A DNA stretch of 64,000 nt from Bugula neritina (taxonomy: Eukaryota; Animalia; Bryozoa): NCBI GenBank assembly GCA_964035545.1, contig CAXIUT010000183.1, positions 372,001 through 436,000 of the forward strand, read 5' to 3'. Below, in pieces: positions 42,901 through 60,500 of this stretch. The notes below the pieces were generated by a model. That model was not told where the DNA came from and ran no database searches. It was given only the letters and a program-made list of their open reading frames with translations. Positions within the stretch are counted from its first letter, which is position 1; each line of letters starts with the position of its first letter. The translations under genes were made by a program, and so were the position numbers.

Positions 42901-45900
42901 TACTGAAATAAACTGCAACACACTGAAATACACCGCAAAATACTACAACATACTGAAATACACTGTAACATATTGAAATACACTGCAACACTTTGAAATA
43001 TACTGCAACATACCGAAATATATGTTAAACTACTAAAATATACTGTAACACTTTGAAAAACAGTGCAACATACTGAAATATACTGCGACACTTTGCAATG
43101 TACTGTAACATACTGAAATATGCTGTAGCGCACTGAAATACACTGCAACTCACTGAAATATACTGCAACATATTGAAATACACTGCAACATCCTACAACA
43201 TGCTAAAATACACGGTAACATATTGAAATACAGTACAACACGTTGAAATATACTGCAACATACCGGAATATATGGTAAAGTACTGAAATATACTGTAACA
43301 CACTGAAAAATACTGCAACATACTGAAATATACTGCGACACATTGCAATATACTGCAACATACCAAAATATATGGTAAACTACTGAAATATACTTTAACA
43401 CATTGAAAAATACTGCAACATACTGAAATATACTGTAACACACTGAAATATACTGCAACATACTGAAATACACTGTAACATACTGAAATAAACTGCAACA
43501 TACCAAAATATATGGTAAACTACTGAAATATACTTTAACACATTGAAAAATCCTGCAACATACTAAAATATACTGTAACACACTGCAAGATACTGCAACA
43601 TACTGAAATACACTGAAACATACTGAAATAAACTGCAACATACCAAAATATATGGTAAACTACTGAAATATACTGTAATACACTGAAAATTACTGCAACA
43701 TACCGAAATACACTGTAACATACTGAAACACACTGCAACATACTGCATTATACTGACATACACTGGAACATATTGAAATACACTGCAACACAATGAAATA
43801 TACTGCAACATACCAAAATATATGGTAAACTACTGAAATATACTTTAACACATTGAAAAATACTGCAACATACTGAAATATACTGTAACACACTGAAATA
43901 TACTGCAACATACTGAAATACACTGTAACATACTGAAATAAACAGTAACATACTGAAATACACTGCAACACCCTACAACATACTGAATTACACTGTAACA
44001 TTGTGAAATACACTGCAACACATTGAAAATTACTGCAACATACCGAAATATACGGTAAACTATTGAATTATACTGTAACACATTGAAAAATACTGAAACA
44101 CACTGAAATATACTCTGACACAATGCAATATACTGTAACATACTGAAATATGCTGTAGCACACTGAAATACACTGCAACTCACTGAAATATACTACAACA
44201 TACTGAAAAACACTGTAACATATTGAAACATACTGCAACATACTACAACATATTGAAAGACACTGCAACACATTGAAATATACTGCAACATACCTAAATA
44301 TCCGGTAATATACTGAAATATACTGTAACACATTGAAAAATACTACAACATACTGAAATACACTGTAACATATTGAAATACACTGCAACACATTGAAATA
44401 TACTGCAACATACTGAAACATACTGCGACACATTGCAATATACAGTAACATACTGAAACATGCTGTAGCACACTGAAATAGACTGCAGCTCACTGAAATA
44501 TACTGCAACATACTGAAATACACTGCTACATACTGAAATATACTGCAACATACTGCAACATACTGAAATACACTGTAACATACTGAAATACACCGCAAAA
44601 TACTACAACATACTGAAATACACTGTAACATATTGAAATACACTGCTACATACTGAAATATACTGCAACATACTGCAACATACTGAAATACACTGTAACA
44701 TATTGAAATACACTGCTACATACTGAAATATACTGCAACATACTGCAACATACTGAAATACACTGTAACATACTGAAATACACTGCAACAAACTACAACA
44801 TATTGAAATACACTGCAACACATTGAAATATACTGCAACATACCTAAATATACGGTAATATACCGAAAAAAAAACTGTAACAGATTGAAAAATTCTGCAA
44901 CATACTGAAATAAACTGCAACACACTGAAATACAGCGCAAAATACTACAACATACTGAAATACACTGTAACATATTGAAATACACTGCAACACTTTGAAA
45001 TATACTGCAACACACCGAAATATATGGTAAACTACCAAAATATACTGTAACACTTTGAAAAATAGTGCAACACACTGAAATATACTCTGACACATTGCAA
45101 TATACTGTAACATACTGAAATATGCTGTATCACACTGAAATACATTGCAACTCACTGAAATATACTGCAACATACTGAAATACACTGTAACATATTGAAA
45201 AATACTGCAACATACTGCAACATACTGAAATACACTGCAACATATTGAAAGACACTGCAAGACAATGAAATATACTGCAACATACTGAAATATACTGTAA
45301 CACACTGAAATATACTGCAACATACTGAAATACACTGCTACATACTGAAATATACTGCAACATACTGCAACATACTGAAATACACTGTAACGTACTGAAA
45401 TACACTGCAACAAACTACAACATATTGAAATACACTGCAACACATTGAAATATACTGCAACATACCTAAATATACGGTAATATAGCGGAAAAAAACTGTA
45501 ACAGATTGACAAATTCTGCAACATACTGAAATATACTGCGACACATTGCAATATACTGTAACATACTGAAATATGCTCTAGCACACTGAAATACACTGCA
45601 ACCCACTGAAATATACTGCAACATACGGAAATACACTGCAACACATTGAAATACACTGCAACATACCAAAATAAATGGTAAACTACTGAAATATACTTTA
45701 ACACATTGAAAAATACTGCAACATACTGAAGTATACTGTAACACACTGAAATATACTGCAACATACTGAAATACACTGTAACATATTGAAACACACTGCA
45801 ACAAACTACAACATATTGAAATACACTGCAACGCATTGAAAGACACTGCAACACATTGAAATATACTGCAATATACCAATATATATGGTAAACTGCTGAA

Positions 45901-48599
45901 ATATACTTTAACACATTGAAAAATACTGCAACATACTGAAATATACTGTAACACACTGAAATATACTGCAACATACTGCAACAATCTGAAATACACTGTA
46001 ACATACTGAAATACACTGCAACAAACTACAACATATTGAAATACACTGCAACACATTGAAATATACTGCAACATACCTAAATATACGGTAATATACCGAA
46101 AAAAAAACTGTAACAGATTGAAAAATTCTGCAACATACTGAAATAAACTGCTACACACTGAAATACACCGCAAAATACTACAACATACTGAAATACACTG
46201 TAACATATTGAAACACACTGCAACAAACTACAACATATTGAAATACACTGCAACGCATTGAAAGACACTGCAACACATTGAAATATACTGCAATATACCA
46301 ATATATATGGTAAACTGCTGAAATATACTTTAACACATTGAAAAATACTGCAACATACTGAAATATACTGTAACACACTGAAATATACTGCAACATACTG
46401 CAACAATCTGAAATACACTGTAACATACTGAAATACACTGCAACAAACTACAACATATTGAAATACACTGCAACACATTGAAATATACTGCAACATACTT
46501 AAATATACGGTAATATACCGAAAAAAAAACTGTAACAGATTGAAAAATTCTGCAACATACTGAAATAAACTGCTACACACTGAAATACACCGCAAAATAC
46601 TACAACATACTGAAATACACTGTAACATATTGAAATACACTGCAACACTTTGAAATATACTGCAACATACCGAAATATATGTTAAACTACTAAAATATAC
46701 TGTAACACTTTGAAAAACAGTCCAACACACTGAAATATACTGCGACACTTTGCAATGTACTGTATCATACTGAAATATGCTGTAGCACACTGAAATACAC
46801 TGCAACTCACTGAAATATACTGCAACATATTGAAATACACTGCAACATCCTACAACATGCTAAAATACACGGTAACATATTGAAATACAGTACAACACGT
46901 TGAAATATACTGCAACATACCGGAATATATGGTAAAGTACTGAAATATACTGTAACACACTGAAAAATACTGCAACATACTGAAATATACTGCGACACAT
47001 TGCAATATACTGCAACATACCAAAATATATGGTAAACTACTGAAATATACTTTAACACATTGAAAAATACTGCAACATAATGAAATATACTGTAACACAC
47101 TGAAATATACTGCAACATACTGAAATACACTGTAACATACTGAAATAAACTGCAACATACCAAAATATATGGTAAACTACTGAAATATACTTTAACACAT
47201 TGAAAAATCCTGCAACATACTAAAATATACTGTAACACACTGCAAGATACTGCAACATACTGAAATACACTGAAACATACTGAAATAAACTGCAACATAC
47301 CAAAATACATGGTAAACTACTGAAATATACTGTAACACACTGAAAAATACTGCAACATACTGAAATATACTGCGACACATTGCAATATACTGCAACATAC
47401 CAAAATATATGGTAAACTACTGAAATATACTTTAACACATTGAAAATTACTGCAACATACTGAAATATACTGTAACACACTGAAATATACTGCAACAAAC
47501 TGAAATACACTGTAACATATTGAAATAAACTGCAACATACCAAAATATATGGTAAACTACTGAAATATACTTTAACACATTGAAAAATACTGCAACATAC
47601 TAAAATATACCGTAACACACTGCAAGATACTGCAACATACCGAAATACACTGTAACATACTGAAACACACTGCAACATACTGCATTATACTGACATACAC
47701 TGGAACATATTGAAATACACTGCAACATCCTACAACATGCTGAAATACGCTGTAACATATTGAAATACACTGCAACACATTGAAAAATACTGCAACATAC
47801 CGAAATATATGGTAAACTATTGAATTATACTGTAACACATTGAAAAATACTGGAACACACTGAAATATACTCTGACACAATGCAAAATACTGTAACATAC
47901 TGAAATATGCTGTAGCACACTGAAATACACTGCAACTCACTGAAATATACTGCAACATACTGAAAAACACTGTAACATATTGAGACATACTGCAACATAC
48001 TGCAACATACTGAAATACACTGTAACATCCTGAAATACATTGCAAAATACTGCAACATATTGAAATACACTGCAACACATTGAAATATACTGCAACATAC
48101 CTAAATATCCGGTAATATACTGAAATATCCTGTAACACATTGAAAAATACTGCAACATACTGAAATACACTGCAACCCACTGAAATACATCGCAAAAGAC
48201 TACAACATACTGAAATACACTGTAACATATTGAAATACACTGCAACACATTGAAATATACTGCAACCTATAGAAATATATGGTAAACTACTGAAACATAC
48301 TGTAACGCATTGAAAAATACTGCAACATACTGAAATATACTGTAACAAACTGAAATATACTGCAACATACTGAAATACACTGTAACATACTGAAATAAAC
48401 TGCAACATACTGAAGTACACTGCAACATCCTACAACATACTGAAATACAATGTAACATATTGAAACACACTGCAACACATTGAAATATACTGCCATGTAC
48501 CGAATTATATGGTGGACTACTGAAATATACTGTAACACATTGAAAAATACTGCAAGATACTGAAATATACTGCGACACATTGCAATATACTGTAACATA

Positions 48600-51500
48600 C
48601 CGAAATATATGGTAAACTATTGAATTATACTGTAACACATTGAAAAATACTGAAACAAACTGAAATATACTCTGACACAATGCAAAACACTGTAACATAC
48701 TGAAATATGCTGTAGCACACTGAAATACACTGCAACTCACTGAAATATACGGCAACATACTGAAAAACACTGTAACATATTGAGACATACTGCAACATAC
48801 TGCAACATACTGAAATACACTGTAACATACTGAAATACATTGCAAAATACTGCAACATATTGAAATACACTGCAACACATTGAAATATACTGCAACATAC
48901 CTAAATATCCGGTAATATACTGAGATATACTGTAACACATTGAAAAATACTGCAACATACTGAAATACACTGCAACCCACTGAAATACATCGCAAAAGAC
49001 TACAACATACTGAAATACACTGTAACATATTGAAATACACTGCAACACATTGAAATATACTGCAACCTATAGAAATATATGGTAAACTACTGAAATATAC
49101 TGTAACACATTGAAAAGTACTGCATCATACTGAAATATACTGCGACATAATGCAATATTCTGTAACATACTGAGATATGCTGTAGCACACTGAAATACAC
49201 TACAACTCACTGAAACATACTGCAACATACTGAAATACACTGTAACATCCTACAACATACTGAAATACACAGTAACATATTGAAATACACTGCAACACAT
49301 TGAAATATACTGCAACATACCTAACTATACGGTAATATACTGAAATATACTGTATCACATTGAAAAATACTGCAAGATACTGAAATATACTGTGACACAT
49401 TGCAATATACTGTAACATACTGAAATATGCTCAAGCACACTGAAACACACTGCACCTCACTGAAACATACTGCAACATACTGAAATACACTGCAACATCC
49501 TACAACATACTGAAATACACTGCAACATATTGAAAGACACTGCAAGACAATGAAATATACTGCAACATACTGAAATATACTGTAACACACTGAAATATAC
49601 TGCAACATACTGAAATACACTGCTACATACTGAAATATACTGCAACATACTGCAACATACTGAAATACACTGTAACATACTGAGATACACTGCAACAAAC
49701 TACAACATATTGAAATACACTGCAACACATTGAAATATACTGCAACATACCTAAATATACGGTAATATAGCGGAAAAAAACTGTAACAGATTGACCAATT
49801 CTGCAACATACTGAAATATACTGCGACACATTGCAATATACTGTAACATACTGAAACATGCTCTAGCACACTGAAATACACTGCAACCCACTGAAATATA
49901 CTGCAACATACGGAAATACACTGCAACACATTGAAATACACTGCAACATACCAAAATAAATGGTAAACTACTGAAATATACTTTAACACATTGAAAAATA
50001 CTGCAACATACTGAAATATACTGTAACACACTGAAATATACTGGAACATACTGAAATACACTGTAACATATTGAAATACACTGCAACAAACTACAACATA
50101 TTGAAATACACTGCAACGCATTGAAAGACACTGCAACACATTGAAATATACTGCAATATACCAATATATATGGTAAACTGCTGAAATATACTTTAACACA
50201 TTGAAAAATACTGCAACATACTGAAATATACTGTAACACACTGAAATATACTGCAACATACTGCAACAATCTGAAATACACTGTAACATACTGAAATACA
50301 CTGCAACAAACTACAACATATTGAAATACACTGCAACACATTGAAATATACTGCAACATACCTAAATATACGGTAATATACCGAAAAAAAACTGTAACAG
50401 ATTGAAAAATTCTGCAACATACCGAAATAAACTGCAACACACTGAAATACACCGCAAAATACTACAACATGCTGAAATACACTGTAACATATTGAAATAC
50501 ACTGCAACACTTTGAAATATACTGCAACATACCGAAATATATGTTAAACTACTAAAATATACTGTAACACTTTGAAAAACAGTGCAACATACTGAAACAT
50601 ACTGCGACACTTTGCAATGTACTGTAACATACTGAAATATGCTGTAGCACACTGAAATACACTGCAACTCACTGAAATATACTGCAACATATTGAAATAC
50701 ACTGCAACATCCTACAACATGCTAAAATACACGGTAACATATTGAAATACAGTACAACACGTTGAAATATACTGCAACATACTGGAATATATGGTAAAGT
50801 ACTGAAATATACTGTAACACACTGAAAAATACTGCAACATACTGAAATATACTCTGACACATTGCAATATACTGCAACATACCAAAATATATGGTAAACT
50901 ACTGAAATATACTTTAACACATTGAAAAATACTGCAACATACTGAAATATACTGTAACACACTGAAATATACTGCAACATACTGAAATACACTGTAACAT
51001 ACTGAAATAAACTGCAACATACCAAAATATATGGTAAACTACTGAAATATACTTTAACACATTGAAAAATCCTGCAACATACTAAAATATACTGCGACAC
51101 ATTGCAATATACTGTAACATACTGAAATATGCTCTAGCACATTGAAATACACTGCAACTCACTGAAATATACTGCAACATACTGAAATACACTGCAACAC
51201 ATTGAAATATACTGCAACCTACAGAAATAGGTGGTAAACTACTGAAATATACTGTAACACATTGAAAAATACTGCAACATACTGAAATATACTGCGACAC
51301 ATTGTAATATACTGTAACATACTGAAACATACTGTAGCACACTGAAATAGACTGCAGCTCACTGAAATATACTGCATTATACTGAAATTCACTGCAGCAT
51401 CCTACAACATGCTGAAATACACTGTAACATATTGAAATACACTGCAACAAACTACAACATATTGAAATACACTGCAACGCATTGAAAGACACTGCAACAC

Positions 51501-54500
51501 ATTGAAATATACTGCAACCTATAGAAATATATGGTAAACTACTGAAATATACTGTAACACATTGAAAAATACTGCAACATACTGAAACATACTGCGACAC
51601 ATTGCAATATACTGTAACATACTGAAACATGCTGTAGCACACTGAAATAGACTGCAGCTCACTGAAATATACTGCAACATACTGAAATTCACTGCAGCAT
51701 CCTACAACATGCTGAAATACACTGTAACATATTGAAATACACTGCAACACATTGAAATATACTGCAACATACCGCAATATATGGTAAACTACTGAAATAT
51801 ACTGTAACACATTGAAAAATACTGCATCATACTGAAATAAACTGCGACAAAATGCAATATTCTGTAACATACTGAGATATGCTGTAGCACACTGAAATAC
51901 ACTGCAACTCACTGAAATATACTGCAACATACTGGAAAACACTGTAACATATTGAGACATACTGCAACATACTGCAACATACTGAAATACACTGTAACAT
52001 CCTGAAATACATTGCAAAATACTGCAACATATTGAAATACACTGCAACACATTGAAATATACTGCAACATACCTAAATATCCGGTAATATACTGAAATAT
52101 ACTGTAACACATTGAAAAATACTGCAACATACTGAAATACACTGCAACCCACTGATATACATCGCAAAAGACTACAACATACTGAAATACACTGTAACTT
52201 ATTGAAATACACTGCAACACATTGAAATATACTGCAACCTATAGAAATATATGGTAAACTACTGAAATATACTGTAACGCATTGAAAAATACTGCAACAT
52301 ACTGAAATATACTGTAACAAACTGAAATATACTGCAACATACTGAAATACACTGTAACATACTGAAATATATGGTAAACTATTGAATTATACTGTAACAC
52401 ATTGAAAAATACTGAAACAAACTGAAATATACTCTGACACAATGCAAAATACTGTAACATACTGAAATATGCTGTAGCACACTGAAATACACTGCAACTC
52501 ACTGAAATATACTGCAACATACTGAAAAACACTGTAACATATTGAGACATACTGCAACATATTGCAACATACTGAAATACACTGTAACATACTGAAATAC
52601 ATTGCAAAATACTGCAACATATTGAAATACACTGCAACACATTGAAATATACTGCAACATACCTAAATATCCGATAATATACTGAGATATACTGTAACAC
52701 ATTGAAAAATACTGCAACATACTGAAATACACTGCAACCCACTGAAATACATCGCAAAAGACTACAACATACTGAAATACACTGTAACATATTGAAATAC
52801 ACTGCAACACATTGAAATATACTGCAACCTATAGAAATATATGGTAAACTACTGAAATATACTGTAACACATTGAAAAATACTGCATCATACTGAAATAT
52901 ACTGCGACATAATGCAATATTCTGTAACATACTGAGATATGCTGTAGCACACTGAAATACACTACAACTCACTGAAACATACTGCAACATACTGAAATAC
53001 ACTGTAACATCCTACAACATACTGAAATACACAGTAACATATTGAAATACACTGCAACACATTGAAATATACTGCAACATACCTAAATATACGGTAATAT
53101 ACTGAAATATACTGTATCACATTGAAAAATACTGCAAGATACTGAAATATACTGTGACACATTGCAATATACTGTAACATACTGAAATATGCTCAAGCAC
53201 ACTGAAACACACTGCACCTCACTGAAACATACTGCAACATACTGAAATACACTGCAACATCCTACAACATACTGAAATACACTGCAACATATTGAAAGAC
53301 ACTGCAAGACAATGAAATATACTGCAACATACTGAAATATACTGTAACACACTGAAATATACTGCAACATACTGAAATACACTGCTACATACTGAAATAT
53401 ACTGCAACATACTGCAACATACTGAAATACACTGTAACATACTGAAATACACTGCAACAAACTACAACATATTGAAATACACTGCAACACATTGAAATAT
53501 ACTGCAACATACCTAAATATACGGTAATATAGCGGAAAAAAACTGTAACAGATTGACAAATTCTGCAACATACTGAAATATACTGCGACACATTGCAATA
53601 TACTGTAACATACTGAAACATGCTCTAGCACACTGAAATACACTGCAACCCACTGAAATATACTGCAACATACGAAAATACACTGCAACACATTGAAATA
53701 CACTGCAACATACCAAAATAAATGGTAAACTACTGAAATATACTTTAACACATTGAAAAATACTGCAACATACTGAAATATACTGTAACACACTGAAATA
53801 TACTGCAACATACTGAAATACACTGTAACATATTGAAATACACTGCAACAAACTACAACATATTGAAATACACTGCAACGCATTGAAAGACACTGCAACA
53901 CATTGAAATATACTGCAATATACCAATATATATGGTAAACTGCTGAAATATACTTTAACACATTGAAAAATACTGCAACATACTGAAATATACTGTAACA
54001 CACTGAAATATACTGCAACATACTGCAACAATCTGAAATACACTGTAACATACTGAAATACACTGCAACAAACTACAACATATTGAAATACACTGCAACA
54101 CATTGAAATATACTGCAACATACCTAAATATACGGTAATATACCGAAAAAAAGCTGTAACAGATTGAAAAATTCTGCAACATACCGAAATAAACTGCAAC
54201 ACACTGAAATACACCGCAAAATACTACAACATGCTGAAATACACCGTAACATATTGAAATACACTGCAACACTTTGAAATATACTGCAACATACCGAAAT
54301 ATATGTTAAACTATTAAAATATACTGTAACACTTTGAAAAACAGTGCAACATACTGAAACATACTGCGACACTTTGCAATGTACTGTAACATACTGAAAT
54401 ATGCTGTAGCACACTGAAATACACTGCAACTCACTGAAATATACTGCAACATATTGAAATACACTGCAACATCCTACAACATGCTAAAATACACGGTAAC

Positions 54501-57500
54501 ATATTGAAATACAGTACAACACGTTGAAATATACTGCAACAAACCGGAATATATGGTAAAGTACTGAAATATACTGTAACACACTGAAAAATACTGCAAC
54601 ATACTGAAATATACTCTGACACATTGCAATATACTGCAACATACCAAAATGTATGGTAAACTACTGAAATATACTTTAAAATATTGAAAAATACTGCCAC
54701 ATACTGAAATATACTGTAACACACTGAAATATACTGCAACATACTGAAATACACTGTAACATACTGAAATAAACTGCAACATACCAAAATATATGGTAAA
54801 CTACTGAAATATACTTTAACACATTGAAAAATCCTGCAACATACTAAAATATACTGCGACACATTGCAATATACTGTAACATACTGAAATATGCTCTAGC
54901 ACACTGAAATACACTGCAACTCACTGAAATATACTGCAACATACTGAAATACACTGCAACACATTGAAATATACTGCAACCTACAGAAATAGGTGGTAAA
55001 CTACTGAAATATACTGTAACACATTGAAAAATACTGCAACATAGTGAAATATACTGCGACACATTGTAATATACTGTAACATACTGAAACATACTGTAGC
55101 ACACTGAAATAGACTGCAGCTCACTGAAATATACTGCATTATACTGAAATTCACTGCAGCATCCTACAACATGCTGAAATACACTGTAACATATTGAAAT
55201 ACACTGCAACAAACTACAACATATTGAAATACACTGCAACGCATTGAAAGACACTGCAACACATTGAAATATACTGCAACCTATAGAAATATATGGTAAA
55301 CTACTGAAATATACTGTAACACATTGAAAAATACTGCAACATACTGAAACATACTGCGACACATTGCAATATACTGTAACATACTGAAACATGCTGTAGC
55401 ACACTGAAATAGACTGCAGCTCACTGAAATATACTGCAACATACTGAAATTCACTGCAGCATCCTACAACATGCTGAAATACACTGTAACATATTGAAAT
55501 ACACTGCAACACATTGAAATATACTGCAACATACCGCAATATATGGTAAACTACTGAAATATACTGTAACACATTGAAAAATACTGCATCATACTGAAAT
55601 AAACTGCGACATAATGCAATATTCTGTAACATACTGAGATATGCTGTAGCACACTGAAATACACTGCAACTCACTGAAATATACTGCAACATACTGAAAA
55701 ACACTGTAACATATTGAGACATACTGCAACATACTGCAACATACTGAAATACACTGTAACATCCTGAAATACATTGCAAAATACTGCAACATATTGAAAT
55801 ACACTGCAACACATTGAAATACACTGCAACATACCTAAATATCCGGTAATATACTGAAATATACTGTAACACATTGAAAAATACTGCAACATACTGAAAT
55901 ACACTGCAACCCACTGAAATACATCGCAAAAGACTACAACATACTGAAATACACTGTAACATATTGAAATACACTGCAACACATTGAAATATACTGCAAC
56001 CTATAGAAATATATGGTAAACTACTGAAATATACTGTAACGCATTGAAAAATACTGCAACATACTGAAATATACTGTAACAAACTGAAATATACTGCAAC
56101 ATACTGAAATACACTGTAACATACTGAAATAAACTGCAACATACTGAAGTACACTGCAACATCCTACAACATACTGAAATACAATGTAACATATTGAAAC
56201 ACACTGCAACACATTGAAATATACTGCCATGTACCGAATTATATGGTGGACTACTGAAATATACTGTAACACATTGAAAAATACTGCAAGATACTGAAAT
56301 ATACTGCGACACATTGCAATATACTGTAACATACCGAAATATATGGTAAACTATTGACTTATACTGTAACACATTGAAAAATACTGAAACAAACTGAAAT
56401 ATACTCTGACACAATGCAAAATACTGTAACATACTGAAATATGCTGTAGCACACTGAAATACACTGCAACTCGCTGAAATATACTGCAACATACTGAAAA
56501 ACACTGTAACATATTGAGACATACTGCAACATACTGCAACATACTGAAATACACTGTAACATACTGAAATACATTGCAAAATACTGCAACATATTGAAAT
56601 ACACTGCAACACATTGAAATATACTGCAACATACCTAAATATCCGGTAATATACTGAAATATACTGTAACACATTGAAAAATACTGCAACATACTGAAAT
56701 ACACTGCAACCCACTGAAATACATCGCAAAAGACTACAACATACTGAAATACACTGTAACATATTGGAATACACTGCAACACATTGAAATATACTGCAAC
56801 CTATAGAAATATATGGTAAACTACTGAAATATACTGTAACGCATTGAAAAATACTGCAACATACTGAAATATACTGTAACAAACTGAAATATACTGCAAC
56901 ATACTGAAATACACTGTAACATACTGAAATAAACTGCAACATACTGAAGTACACTGCAACATCCTACAACATACTGAAATACAATGTAACATATTGAAAC
57001 ACACTGCAACACATTGGAATATACTGCCATGTACCGAATTATATGGTGGACTACTGAAATATACTGTAACACATTGAAAAGTACTGCATCATACTGAAAT
57101 ATACTGCGACATAATGCAATATTCTGTAACATACTGAGATATGCTGTAGCACACTGAAATACACTACAACTCACTGAAACATACTGCAACATACTGAAAT
57201 ACACTGTAACATCCTACAACATACTGAAATACACAGTAACATATTGAAATACACTGCAACACATTGAAATATACTGCAACATACCTAAATATACGGTAAT
57301 ATACTGAAATATACTGTATCACATTGAAAAATACTGCAAGATACTGAAATATATTGTGACACATTGCAATATACTGTAACATACTGAAATATGCTCAAGC
57401 ACACTGAAACACACTGCACCTCACTGAAACATACTGCAACATACTGAAATACACTGCAACATCCTACAACATACTGAAATACACTGCAACATATTGAAAG

Positions 57501-60500
57501 ACACTGCAAGACAATGAAATATACTGCAACATACTGAAATATACTGTAACACACTGAAATATACTGCAACATACTGAAATACACTGCTACATACTGAAAT
57601 ATACTGCAACATACTGCAACATACTGAAATACACTGTAACATACTGAGATACACTGCAACAAACTACAACATATTGAAATACACTGCAACACATTGAAAT
57701 ATACTGCAACATACCTAAATATACGGTAATATAGCGGAAAAAAACTGTAACAGATTGACAAATTCTGCAACATACTGAAATATACTGCGACACATTGCAA
57801 TATACTGTAACATACTGAAACATGCTCTAGCACACTGAAATACACTGCAACCCACTGAAATATACTGCAACATATGGAAATACACTGCAACACATTGAAA
57901 TACACTGCAACATACCAAAATAAATGGTAAACTACTGAAATATACTTTAACACATTGAAAAATACTGCAACATACTGAAATATACTGTAACACACTGAAA
58001 TATACTGGAACATACTGAAATACACTGTAACATATTGAAATACACTGCAACAAACTACAACATATTGAAATACACTGCAACGCATTGAAAGACACTGCAA
58101 CACATTGAAATATACTGCAATATACCAATATATATGGTAAACTGCTGAAATATACTTTAACACATTGAAAAATACTGCAACATACTGAAATATACTGTAA
58201 CACACTGAAATATACTGCAACATACTGCAACAATCTGAAATACACTGTAACATACTGAAATACACTGCAACAAACTACAACATATTGAAATACACTGCAA
58301 CACATTGAAATATACTGCAACATACCTAAATATACGGTAATATACCGAAAAAAAACTGTAACAGATTGAAAAATTCTGCAACATACCGAAATAAACTGCA
58401 ATACACTGAAATACACCGCAAAATACTACAACATGCTGAAATACACTGTAACATATTGAAATACACTGCAACACTTTGAAATATACTGCAACATACCGAA
58501 ATATATGTTAAACTACTAAAATATACTGTAACACTTTGAAAAACAGTGCAACATACTGAAACATACTGCGACACTTTGCAATGTACTGTAACATACTGAA
58601 ATATGCTGTAGCACACTGAAATACACTGCAACTCACTGAAATATACTGCAACATATTGAAATACACTGCAACATCCTACAACATGCTAAAATACACGGTA
58701 ACATATTGAAATACAGTACAACACGTTGAAATATACTGCAACATACCGGAATATATGGTAAAGTACTGAAATATACTGTAACACACTGAAAAATACTGCA
58801 ACATACTGAAATATACTCTGACACATTGCAATATACTGCAACATACTGAAATACACTGTAACATACTGAAATAAACTGCAACATACCAAAATATATGGTA
58901 AACTACTGAAATATACTTTAACACATTGAAAAATACTGCAACATACTGAAATATACTGTAACACACTGAAATATACTGCAACATACTGAAATACACTGTA
59001 ACATACTGAAATAAACTGCAACATACCAAAATATATGGTAAACTACTGAAATATACTTTAACACATTGAAAAATCCTGCAACATACTAAAATATACTGCG
59101 ACACATTGCAATATACTGTAACATACTGAAATATGCTCTAGCACACTGAAATACACTGCAACTCACTGAAATATACTGCAACATACTGAAATACACTGCA
59201 ACACATTGAAATATACTGCAACCTACAGAAATAGGTGGTAAACTACTGAAATATACTGTAACACATTGAAAAATACTGCAACATACTGAAATATACTGCG
59301 ACACATTGTAATATACTGTAACATACTGAAACATACTGTAGCACACTGAAATAGACTGCAGCTCACTGAAATATACTGCATTATACTGAAATTCACTGCA
59401 GCATCCTACAACATGCTGAAATACACTGTAACATATTGAAATACACTGCAACAAACTACAACATATTGAAATACACTGCAACGCATTGAAAGACACTGCA
59501 ACACATTGAAATATACTGCAACCTATAGAAATATATGGTAAACTACTGAAATATACTGTAACACATTGAAAAATACTGCATCATACTGAAATGAACTGCG
59601 ACATAATGCAATATTCTGTAACATACTGAGATATGCTGTAGCACACTGAAATACACTGCAACTCACTGAAATATACTGCAACATACTGAAAAACACTGTA
59701 ACATATTGAGACATACTGCAACATACTGCAACATACTGAAATACACTGTAACATCCTGAAATACATTGCAAAATACTGCAACATATTGAAATACACTGCA
59801 ACACATTGAAATATACTGCAACATACCTAAATATCCGGTAATATACTGAAATATACTGTAACACATTGAAAAATACTGCAACATACTGAAATACACTGCA
59901 ACCCACTGAAATACATCGCAAAAGACTACAACATACTGAAATACACTGTAACTTATTGAAATACACTGCAACACATTGAAATATACTGCAACCTATAGAA
60001 ATATATGGTAAACTACTGAAATATACTGTAACGCATTGAAAAATACTGCAACATACTGAAATATACTGTAACAAACTGAAATATACTGCAACATACTGAA
60101 ATACACTGTAACATACTGAAATATATGGTAAACTATTGAATTATACTGTAACACATTGAAAAATACTGAAACAAACTGAAATATACTCTGACACAATGCA
60201 AAATACTGTAACATACTGAAATATGCTGTAGCACACTGAAATACACTGCAACTCACTGAAATATACTGCAACATACTGAAAAACACTGTAACATATTGAG
60301 ACATACTGCAACATACTGCAACATACTGAAATACACTGTAACATACTGAAATACATTGCAAAGTACTGCAACATATTGAAATACACTGCAACACATTGAA
60401 ATATACTGCAACATACCTAAATATCCGATAATATACTGAGATATACTGTAACACATTGAAAAATACTGCAACATACTGAAATACACTGCAACCCACTGAA

